Positions 53,145 through 64,000 of a stretch of DNA of 64,000 nucleotides are shown piece by piece. The translations under genes were made by a program, and so were the position numbers. Source of the DNA: Octopus sinensis (taxonomy: Eukaryota); assembly GCF_006345805.1 (NCBI RefSeq), contig NC_043003.1, positions 55,180,001 to 55,244,000 on the forward strand, read 5' to 3'. The notes beneath the pieces are model-generated. The model saw nothing but the letters and a program-made list of their open reading frames with translations. It made no database searches and was not told where the DNA came from. Every line of letters begins with the position of its first letter. Within the stretch, counting starts at the first letter, position 1.

Positions 53145-53460
53145 TCAATCATCATCATCATTACTACCACCACCACAAACATCTCTACCACTCTCACCAC
53201 CTTCACCACCTTCACCACCCAAAATACTGTCTTCACCACTACTATAACCTTCATTATCACCAACATCATCATTCCCATCCTAACCATCGTCGCTATTATC
53301 AACATCATCAACATATCATTATCCTCAACGCCATCATCATGATCTCATCATCATCTTCAGCCTCCTCCTCCCCCTCCTCCTCATCGTCATCATCATCATC
53401 GTCAACATCACCCTCACGGGCGGAGACATGCCCATGGTCATCTTCATTACAATATCATCA
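52930..53460. repeat. Degenerate (CAT)/(CAC)/(CGT) triplet repeat region
   Basis: Directly visible; source of the His/Thr/Ile-rich spurious ORFs. A similar tract lies at 55960-56240. Confidence 0.9.
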
Positions 53461-53930
53461 TTAACATTGTCCTCATTAATTCATGAATTTAGGGTTATCA
53501 ACGTAAACATATTTGTTGTTACCACGATCTTATGGTGATATAGGTTTTCATTGTTTCGTCAAAAGCCTGTTCTGGCTAAGCAGACGTGCATCCGGGCATA
53601 TATGCTTTCTTTTCTTTCGAGCATCTATTTAGGAACTCATTCTAAAAAACAATATGGTAGATTATGATTAGCAGAATATTTAATTGCTTTTTCAATTATC
53701 TATTGTTGCAGATATGAATAATTTAGCGTGCGTTGATCCCGTGGTTGTTTTGTTAATATATTTAGTCCAGAACACAATTGTCGATTAATTCGAACCTAGT
53801 AATTTTCTCAACATTTAGAGAAACCAAAGATGAAATATACATTTGCCCACCTCTAATATATTGCACGTATATATATATATGAGTGTAGGTTTGTGTGTAT
53901 CTATGTGTGCGTATACAAGGATGTATGTTA

Positions 53931-54090
53931 GGCGGAGGCGTGGTTATGTGTGAAGAAGCTTTCTCCACAACAACATGGTACTGGAGTAACTCGCACTGTG
54001 TAGAACCTAGGCAAGTTTCTTGTACTACAGTCTCGGGTCGTCCAAAATCTTGTGGATATGGTAGACGGAAACTGAAAGAAGCCCAACGTG
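53931..54090 (+). mobile_element. Degenerate SINE family A 5' half
   Basis: AACCTAGGCAAGTTTCTTGTACTACAGTCTCGGG..GGTAGACGGAAACTGAAAGAAGCCC. Confidence 0.75.
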
Positions 54091-54449
54091 TATATATATA
54101 TATATATACATATTATATATATATATATACATATATACACATATATATGTATATGTATATGCTTTCTTTTTTAATATTGCGCTCTGGCATTTCAGACACC
54201 ATTATGCTGATGGTGTCTGCAATGCCTGAGCGCAATATTAAAAAAAAAAAACATACTCTTAGACACGCATTTATTACCTTAAACATCTACTGCTAGATAC
54301 TCTTACATTACATAAAACTCATTTTCGTAATTCGCCTTCTTTCTCTCGACTTTGCTTGCTCCTACCTCCTTATATTGTTTCCCTTATCATATTTTATGCA
54401 CGTGTGGATCTATGTTGCAATGCGTTCATAATTAATTACAACCATTTTC

Positions 54450-54635
54450 TTAAACAACGAGTGTTGGTATGTTTACATCCGCGTAAACATACCAACAGTT
54501 CGGCGAAATAGTGCGATAGGATAAGCATCAGGCTTAAAGAAAAATGAAATACTGGGGTTTATTCGTTTGACTATGATTCTTCTAGAAGGTGCTCCAGCAT
54601 GGCCGCAGTCTAAAGAGTGAAATACACAAAAGGAA
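54450..54635 (+). mobile_element. Degenerate SINE family A 3' half
   Basis: GTGTTGGTATGTTTACATCC..GTTCGGCGAAA..GAAGGTGCTCCAGCATGGCCGCAGTC. Confidence 0.7.
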
Positions 54636-55120
54636 AATCAAAAGGAAAAATATGATTATCTCTGATCAGGTATCAATCTCTACACAGACTTTTATAATGC
54701 TTCACAGAATTGTGTAATGCTCCAAAGAGCACTTCACCCTAAAACCTAAAATGTAGGCATAACGAAAATACAATTATGGATATTCAACAATCAGACTTGA
54801 CTGTTTTCTGCTTGTTTAAAACTAGATTTTTCCAGGGGAAACGCACGCACGCGCGCGCATTTGTGCGTGCATGTGTGTGTGTTTTATCTCCTTGAGGCTT
54901 ATAGAGAATAATATGATACGCGTTAGTAAAATGTTTTAGTGAATATTATTTGAAAACTGTGATGAATAAAATTCAGATCGAAAAGGCGTAAATTTATTTG
55001 ATACAACCCCGGGAAGCAATTGTTAACCCATCAAACGAACAATATATTTATCTAGCAACTCAAATCACCTTCCTACAAAACATAGGACATATTACACACA
55101 ATATTCATTTCTACTCTATA

Positions 55121-55680
55121 TACAAGACTCGAAATTTTTGGGGAGGAATCCAGTCGATTAGATCGACCTTAGTACGCCACTGGTTTATCGTTCCCCGAAA
55201 AGATGAAAGTCAAAGACGACCTCGGCGGGATTTGAACTCAGAACATAAAGACAGACGAAATACCTATTTCTCTACTACCCACAAGGGGCTAAACGCAGAG
55301 AGGACAAACAAGGACAGACAAACGGATTAAGTCGATCATATCGACCCCATTGCGTAACTGGTACTTATTTAATCGACCCCGAAAGGATGAAAGACAAAGT
55401 TGACCTCGGCGGAATTTGAACTCAGAACGTAGCGACAGACGAAATACCTGTTTCTTTATTACCCACAAGGAGCTAAACACAGAGGAGACAAACAAGGACA
55501 GACATAGGTATTAAGTCGATTACATCGACCCCAGTGCGTAACTGGTACGTAATTTATCGACCCCGAAAGGATGAAAGGCAAAGTCGACCTCGGCGGAATT
55601 TGAACTCACAACGTAACGGCAGACGAAATACCGCTAAGCATTTCGCCCTGAGTGCTAACGTTTCTTCCAGCTCGCCGCCT
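55121..55680 (-). mobile_element. SINE family B multimer: one tRNA head plus three tandem 184-bp body units
   Basis: Single head at about 55630-55680. The GAAA of the CCCCGAAA motif recurs at 55197, 55381 and 55565. Confidence 0.9.
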
Positions 55681-57661
55681 TAACATTACACCCAATATTA
55701 GCATCTCTATCCGTTAACAGATTACCAGGCGTTTCTTGGATATTCGCAGACATACTTTGAACTTACAGCTATAATCCATGCGACTGGTTTCCTCACCATT
55801 TCTGCCTACTTAATTTAATTCATTCTAACTCGAGGCAATTTGTAGAATGTACTTTACAACGGTGTCATGCCTAAGGAGCAAATCCAAAGCATTTTGATTG
55901 AGAAGCGAATTCTCGTATTATTGCATCATGCCTAAGTTCAATGTCGTTATCGCTATCCCTTGACCGCTAATCCGACCCACCATAACTCCCAAGACATTCA
56001 TCTCTCACGACATCGTCGTTTTTATCATCTTTCTCGACGTCTTCGTCACCGTCATAGTCGTCAGCATCAACATTATAATCATCATGATCGTGAACGTAAT
56101 CATCATCGTTATCGACTCCGCCGCTTCCACCAACACCACCACCACCACCACCATCACCACCACTAATATCGCCATCAGCAAAACCAGCCACGGCAATGTT
56201 GTTACCGTCGGCCTCCTCCTCATCATCATCATTGCGGCCACGGTCGTCGAAAATTTTGCTAAAATATCAAATGTATTAAACCCACCAGACCGCAATGGTC
56301 GCCAGTTAAAAAAAACGAAATAATAAACAGTAATGAATGCAATAAATATAACTAAAAGAATGAACAAAGAAAGTGTTTGTTTTTATTGCTAGGTTTGTTG
56401 TTGTTGTTATTATTATTATTACTACTACTCCTAATACTATTGCTACTACTACTACTAATACCGCTGTTGCTGTTTGATTAGTCTGTGGTAGGTCGCTACA
56501 TGCACTGCAGTACAGTTGCAGTTGAATAATGAAGCGTGAAGCTGTGACTCCCTCACATCTGATCTGTGAAACTGAAACAGTTCAAAATGAGGAAAGAAGA
56601 AAGAAGGAACTACAAAAAAATATATAATAAATAATACAAAAAGAAGGAAAAAGAGAGGGAGAGAAAGAGATAGAGAGTGAGTGATGCAGGGAAAGTGAGA
56701 CAGAGAAAGAACATTAAAATGTCAAAAGTCAAAAGTAACGAACAGAATTTTAATTATGTCCTGCTGGCTTTCATTATTTAATTAATCATCTATTCGGGCA
56801 CCCTCCTTCTATCATTATCTGGAACTATCATTATTTTTTTTTTAGCCCAAACTAATAATAATATAGGACGAAGAAAAAATTAACCGGAGGAGATAAAATT
56901 TGTAATGAGATAACTTCGCTATGTACCGTATGAAGTGAATCTTTGGAGAAAAAACAGAAATATTTAGGAAGGTGTACATGAAGATGTGTACGTTCTTAAA
57001 AGAGTGTGAAACATAGTAAACTCCGCTAAGATCATGGTAAGAACTAGTTTACATATTTCAGGATGGACCTGTATTCGAAAAAAATAAATACAGTTGAATA
57101 AGGAGAAATCAATTAAAATGCTGTAGAGTAATTATATTATATTAAATAATTTTTTGTTCAGCGTAATAGTCATGTCATTTCGAATAAATGAAGTGTATTT
57201 GAGTAGACTGTAAATGAAGATGGCCTGTATGACGGAAAATGTATGTTGAATAAAGAAATGTTCGTGTAAGATGGTATTGAGGCACGTTTTGGCCATATTT
57301 TGAAGGAATGAAGCGTGAAGGTGCGCAATAAGCACAAACTGAATTCCGCAAAGCAAAAGTTAAGATGTATGTAGTAAGAAATGGTTTATCGGGTATGCAT
57401 CAAGATATCCACGGTAGAATTAGTTTGTAGTAAGATCTTCGATTGTGGAAACTAAGCTTATTTCAGAAGTCCCCGAAAGCACAACAGTGCGAATGCTTTA
57501 ATGCTTGCAACGAGAATCTAATGTATCTAATCATGAGGGTTGAAGCCCGACACTTTCTGTGCATATAAAGAATGTTGCAAGGTCGTGAATTTTGTAACCA
57601 TTCGTATACTGATTTACATAAGCTCTAACACACACTCACACACACACACACACAGACATAG

Positions 57662-57697
<36 letters not shown>

Positions 57698-57747
57698 AAC
57701 CACACACCAAACACACACACACGCCACACACACATATATATACACAT

Positions 57748-57791
<44 letters not shown>

Positions 57792-57813
57792 TATATATAT
57801 ATACACACATACA

Positions 57814-57854
<41 letters not shown>

Positions 57855-58724
57855 TATATATATATACATACATATATATATGTGTGTGTTTTTCGTGTGT
57901 GTGTGAGTTTGTGTACGCGTATGTGTATGCATATTTATGTGTGTATAAAATATACATAAATGTATATTTTTATAAACATGTTATTTGATTGAGATACGGA
58001 GTGACATCTCCAAAACTATAAATATTAATTATGAATTATATATACAAAAAGCAAATGGTAATCAATCATTTAGAAAAAAACATGCAAAATTTATGCACAG
58101 TATTCAGTGCATACTTCGGTAAATCGCTAATACGTTAGACCGCCATAATTTCCGCTATCTTTCACCTTCAAAGGCTTAGGTTATTTAACCAACGTACCTT
58201 GTAGTTTAGCTCGAGATCTCATTGAACATAATATCATGAATAATGATGAATCCTTCCTCACTTCACTCAGTGTCATTACAGTGAGTATCCGTCTCTATAA
58301 TACGTGACACACATGTGTCCATGCATATATGGTTGTGTGTGGGGGGGGAGGGGTTTGCATCTGATCATTGAGGTAATTTTTAGACATGTTGTATAAATTA
58401 GTAAATGGTTCTTACATAGTAATGAGGCGAGTAGTCGAGCAGAGCGACTAGTAATAAATTTTGAACCGTACTCGAAGCAATGGCTGGAGGATTTGACATT
58501 GGCTTTTTTCGAACACAGAAAGTAAACAGCAGACACAAATACCGGAATGTGTTAGGCTTCCTTATGATTTTGTCAATTCGTTGCCTCTGCAAATATGAAA
58601 GCAAATGATTGAAAATCTACAAATGTCAATGCACATGTGTGTGTATGATATATGAATTTTTATATACACACATACATGCATGTACACACATATGTATATG
58701 TGCGTCGTTGTGTATGCATATATA

Positions 58725-58821
58725 CGAGGGGTGTATGAAAAGACTTGAGCCTCAAGATAACAAAACATGGTATGACACTTCTGATGAAGGTAAAAGACTC
58801 AAAATTTTGATACACCCCTCG
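58725..58821. mobile_element. 97-bp mariner-type MITE
   Basis: TA-flanked TIRs CGAGGGGTGTATGAAAA / TTTTGATACACCCCTCG. Confidence 0.8.
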
Positions 58822-58850
58822 TAAGTCCAAACACACATTTACACGTATGT

Positions 58851-58955
58851 GTAGGCGCAGACGTGGCTGTGTGGTAAGAAGCAAGCTTCCCAACTATCTG
58901 GTTCCGGGTTCACTTCCACTGCGAAGTATCTAGAGCAAATGACTTCTCCTATAAT
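58851..58955 (+). mobile_element. SINE family A 5' fragment
   Basis: GTAGGCGCAGACGTGGCTGTGTGGTAAGAAG..GGTTCCGGGTTCAC. Confidence 0.75.
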
Positions 58956-58956
58956 A

Positions 58957-59345
58957 TAAGCAACAGGGATATGCAGTACCCAACAAGGATATGCAGATGT
59001 AATGCAGTACGATCGTTTCATGCAACTCCATTTAATTGAAAATGCAATCATTTCATTACATCAGTTTGAAATGTAGAGCAATCGTCAGCTGCACAAAGAC
59101 AGAATTTAATTAAATCAGAACAGAAAGTCACATTAGTATAATTTTACCTAAGATCTCCAAGAAGTTAAGGCGACAGACAATGAACATGAACCTACAACAT
59201 CATAGTCTTACCTACAACTATGTCTTTGTGCAGCTGAAGATTGTTCTACATTGTAAATTGATGTAATGAAATTATTGCATTGTTCAATTAAATGGAGTTG
59301 CATAAACAATCGTACTGCATTACCTCTGGATATCCTTGTTGCCTA
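58957..59345. mobile_element. MITE/fold-back element with about 120-bp inverted arms
   Basis: 58981-59100 is an imperfect reverse complement of 59222-59341, with a roughly 120-bp spacer. Confidence 0.75.
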
Positions 59346-59437
59346 TTTTGACGTTAATCACCTTATTTTGAAATTGTATGGAAAATAGAAAATACTGTAC
59401 TAAATTCTGGTGCTTCAACTTAAATACCATAGTCATC

Positions 59438-59489
<52 letters not shown>

Positions 59490-59808
59490 GAGAGAGAGAG
59501 AGAAAGAGATAGGTGGATAGATAGATACATATACAAACACACACATATATATATATATAAATCATGCAGTGCACATATATATCCACTACGCCTCTCAATT
59601 TGTCTAAGCATTGAAAAGTAAAAGTAAAATAAAAACTGAAGCGTATGAAATAGTATTTCATAATACAATGTAATAGAAATTCCATTGATTTGAGACCACC
59701 AACAGAGAGTTTCTGGATTGTGTTATTGGCAGATGTAATCATTGAAATGAAAATATGTAGACGTTTTTGTGGTTGTCATGTTGTTGATAGTTGTCTTGAA
59801 AGCATGGC

Positions 59809-59851
<43 letters not shown>

Positions 59852-60205
59852 TATATATATATCATTGGATGTAATAGTTTTGTATGTGATGACAATGTTG
59901 AGGCTGAAAAATGATTATATTGATGGTGTTTTGGTAGCTACAATTGTAAGTTTAATAAAAAGACATGGTTGTCTTGTTCTTGTTTTCTTTGTTGTTGTTG
60001 CTGGTATTAAGATGGCGGATTTGATGTCATTATGGGTGGCAATAGAAAAGAAGACGATATGAGATTATAATTAGCAATGTTGCTCTTGTTCATGGAGGAT
60101 ATGTTTTGTATGTTAGTGCTGTAGTTGCTAGCAAATCTGAAGTTACAAATGTGGAGTTGCTATGATGAAATATGTTTGTTCCTCTTGTTGTTGCTGCTGC
60201 TGTTA

Positions 60206-60241
<36 letters not shown>

Positions 60242-60526
60242 GTGATGATGGAGAGGTGGAGGGGAGAAAGTGGGGAAGGATGAAGAGGTCTCGCATCAAA
60301 CGTCTTCCAAACATGACTATCACGTCTTTTATTCAGACACAATTTATTTAAGACTCCGTTATCCTTCTTTTCATCAAAAGTTTGTTCTGTGTTTTCAAAG
60401 AGGTTTTTTCTGCAGTTTCAAGCAGGTTGTGTGTCTACTTAGAGGTTGCCTCAGTTGTTTATTGCTTTGATTTTTACCGATTTGTTTCTGTTTTAGAATC
60501 ATAACCGCATGCGGCAGGCATAAACT

Positions 60527-60577
60527 ATGATGAAATTCATTCCAGCTTTGACCATACTGCCGGTTTTCTCTATATCT
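60527..60577 (+). CDS. Candidate first coding exon encoding a signal-peptide-like MMKFIPALTILPVFSIS
   Basis: Strong acceptor TTTGTTTCTGTTTTAG (exon starts 60497), in-frame upstream stop, ACT-ATG context and GTAAGT donor at 60578. Downstream exons not established. Confidence 0.35.
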
Positions 60578-63080
60578 GTAAGTCATGACCACGTTATCCA
60601 ATGTCTCCATTTCTAAGACAATTGAGAGTAATTTCAAGGAAATTCGGATGCTATTTCTAACAGCCTGAGAGACGAAACAATTCGCTGACTCAAGGAAATT
60701 TTAATAATTGTAAATTGAGAAAATTTTCTTTGTGTCAATAATGTCATATTAATTTGTCACTTGCTGTAAGCTTTCATTGTGTTTGTATACTTGATGTTAT
60801 TGCTGATATTTGTATTGCGGTTGTTTATCTTGTGACCCGCAGTGATCCAGCGGAATTGTGATCAAAAGGAAATCAATAGTTTCATCATCGATTTACGATT
60901 CAGTCTTCCATTTCTTGACCTCTGAAGTTGTACTGCATTATAGATATTGTAGTTAAATATTAATCACCAAATATTAAATTGAAATAATGATTTAGCTGTA
61001 AATCCTTTGATTTCTCAATGTGATAATTATTTACATCGTAATTTCCTCGAATAAAACCACATTAATCACTCGTCTTTGCTAATTATCTGGGATTTTTACT
61101 GATATCTCTGTGGTATATATATCATTTATCCTGAAAAAATTAATGCCGATGATGTGTCGCGTTTCTTTTGAACATTTGAGTTAAACGACGAACGTGAAAC
61201 GACGTTGGAATCAATAAAACTCCTCCTCGAAGAAACCCATCATCAAAAGACTATCAGTTATGACCATCCATTCATTGTTGTTATTATCAGATACAGTACA
61301 TCCGGGATTCCATTGCTTCATGTGTTCGTGTTTGAAGTAGAGGAAATCCCCACATTTCTCTATATGGAAAGATCTGAGAATCACTTCACTCAACGTCTTC
61401 TTCACCGATGTATGGTTTGAAAGTGATTTAGTTGTTATATCTAGCATGTCGTTGAATCATATCTGAAGTATATCTGGTAGATACTTGTATATCTTTATAT
61501 TCTATCTTATTTCAAACCAGGTGTATGTTTGCTATTTATAATACTTCGGTTAACTTCAGGTGATTACTGATGGTGCGCTATATCGCATGAAGGTGAGACC
61601 AAAGAAGTTGATACATAGATTTTTGTTTTGTTTAGTCGCAGATCGGCTCTGATCTGTCAGACATATTTTCAAAGGTGTTACAACCTTCACCATCTCGTCT
61701 TTTCTTCCTATATAGCATAAAGAAGATTGGATCTTGCAATTTATCTTTCCTTTTATAAGACAGTAGTGAAAGATTTTAGTGAAATTTGTATGCTATTTCT
61801 CGTGGTTTGTTGAAATTATTTAGCCCTAGGCCAACCATGACGTCGCAGATTAATGATCAAAGAAATCTAAATGCACACATCTGTTATATTTTACTTTTCT
61901 TTTTTCGTGACTCGCGTCTGGATTACAATACTCAATTTCCTTTTATTAAGACAACCGAGTGTTTAGTTTGCGGAAGAGTTCACTGTGCTTCCTAGAAGGT
62001 CGGGTAGATTTTAGAGGATTCTCTCGATGGTTCATCACTAAATATATTGCAATGAGAGTGGGCAAAACTGGTTAAGCGACATACAAGGAGTAAAAAACAC
62101 CACAACGAGCACTCATAAGCTTTTCTTAACCGCAATGTCATATCTTTTGGCGATTGTGTTGCAGTAGTACTTTTCTCCTAGACGAATCCTGTCCCATGTA
62201 GAGACTTTGAACACTGCTACTCAGATATGTATAACATATCTCAGTTATGCAATCTCTACCTTATTTACAATAATAATTAACTGTACGTAGGAAATATTTT
62301 ATAACTTATGCTGTTGATTGTTTTCTACCGTCAGGACATTGTAACAGGCTTTTGCCTTATTCAGATGGTAGTGATGAAAAAAAGATTATTCCATTTGATT
62401 TCTCTCTTCCCTGTTAGATTTTCTGGAATACAGTAATAAATGCCTCTTCTGCTGGATTCGGAGCCTTCACATCTATAATCTCATTTATGCATACCACAAA
62501 TTTTAACTTCATTGGCATGTCACAGTTAGTGACCAAGATGTTACTATATATCTTATCTATGTGAATTAACGAGGCATTTTGTCATTACACTTCCTTTACT
62601 TATATGTTTCTATGATCTTATGTCAAATTAGTATTGTTTATTGCCTTTAAGCCGCTACAATTTATTTGTTTTATAGACCGTATCTGCCTATGTACAATGT
62701 AATGCATTGTTGATAGCCATGAGTGGTGGATTTTTCATTTAATATTTCAAGAACTTGTATAATCTATATATATTTATGCATGTATGATCCAGGATGTTGA
62801 TTGATGTTACAATTCCACCAGTCATCGAAAGATTCCTAACTGCTAAATAAATGTGGCACGCTCATCTTTATTCCTTACATCATTTTATTTCATATTCCGC
62901 AATGGATAAAATATTCATATAAACGGTACATTTCACGGATATTCAGTTTGCATTGAATATTTTTGGATTAACATGACGATATATATATATATATATATAA
63001 CTGTGTTGTTAGTGTGTGTGTGTTGCATTGTGTATGTATACATGAATATACTAATATATGTATGCGTGAATGTTATATAC

Positions 63081-63118
<38 letters not shown>

Positions 63119-63746
63119 TGTGTGTGCGTGTGTGTGTGGTGACGTTCAACAAATACAGGAGCGCACGATCAGACAAAAGTAAAGATATGGCCGTAGTCTA
63201 ATGACTGAAAAAAGAAAAAAAGAAAAAAAAAGAAAAAATATAATTACTAATAAGACACTCACCCCCTCACACACACACTAAACCATGTGAAATTCAGCTA
63301 CTTAGATTTTCTTGGGGCCAAGCATTAAATATATTTCTTCATGGTGATATCATCGTCAGAACATAAATCAGTGAATAGCAAATATTAACGGGCTTTTAAG
63401 AAGGTCGAATATTTTGTAATATAACATTGGGAAGTGTTATGGTGATTTATGGTTAATTCTCACGAAAATATACTTTGAAAACTGCGGACATGATGAGAAA
63501 AATTCGGTTTTTCATACTCATACAATCCATTATAAATCCATTATGAAAAATCTACAACGAAAATGACATAAAACTCATACAACAACACTGGGGGGCAATG
63601 AAAACGAAAGCTTATTGTCCATACCTACAAGGTTTTGTTATTCTTTTCATATGGAAGTTGAGAAACGATATGCAAATCAAGAGTTAAATAATGTTTTGTA
63701 AAATTTGTTTCCTCTGGAAATTTGATTTGGAAAATCTTAAATCACA

Positions 63747-64000
63747 ATGGACTACATAGAACAGGTATTAGGTTTGTCGTTCAGCCGACCAATAAAACAT
63801 AACCTATTGATCTATCATCAAATTGTTGATACCGTCACAACTATTTGTCTTGCAGGAATTTGGCACCAATAGTGAAACGCCTATCTCGCAAACAACAACA
63901 ACATCAGTACTCTCGAAGCCAGCATTGACAATTTCAGGATCTACAATAACTGTGAGAACATTACCACCAATAATAGCCCGTCTGATGAAGAAATCACTTC
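63747..64000 (+). CDS. Candidate gene start: MDYIEQ, 91-nt intron, then EFGTNSETPISQTTTTSVLSKPALTISGS... open to the window end
   Basis: ACAATGG start context after an in-frame stop, CAG|GTATTA donor, TTTGTCTTGCAG acceptor; the phase-0 join stays open for 48 codons. Confidence 0.25.

Noticed and set aside
1504-63182. The many ORFs rich in YI/CV/HT/poly-K/E/S/D runs
   Set aside because: They are translations of (TA)n, (CA)n, (GAA)n, (CAT)n and similar microsatellites, with no domain content.

Overview
AT-rich, microsatellite-saturated eukaryotic genomic DNA. The SINE families resemble those of coleoid cephalopods such as Octopus; this is pattern recognition, not a database result. A 100-N scaffold gap lies at 34594-34693. 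No complete host gene can be assembled, and nearly all ORF-track entries are microsatellite artefacts or transposon debris. Supportable content: a decayed Academ-like DNA transposon with long inverted repeats (3.1-6.8 kb); an internally deleted mariner, a Tigger-type MITE and two other MITEs; a chain of 5'-truncated restriction-like-endonuclease (RLE) LINE ends separated by triplet microsatellites (17.6-20.2 kb); an L1/Tx1 ORF2 remnant; about 20 tRNA-derived SINE copies, including a head-to-tail array; a Helitron/Helentron-like non-autonomous element; three large fold-back palindromes and two tandem duplications. The most interesting signal is a set of minimal type-I hammerhead ribozyme motifs. 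One near-perfect copy is at 14150-14192. Another sits inside a TSD-flanked, tRNA-headed SINE at 47769-48040. Degenerate copies lie in the arms of two palindromes, pointing to a Penelope-like/retrozyme system. Several isolated exon-like segments are reported at low confidence. Many duplicated segments differ mostly by 1-bp indels, so assembly error is a live alternative for them.
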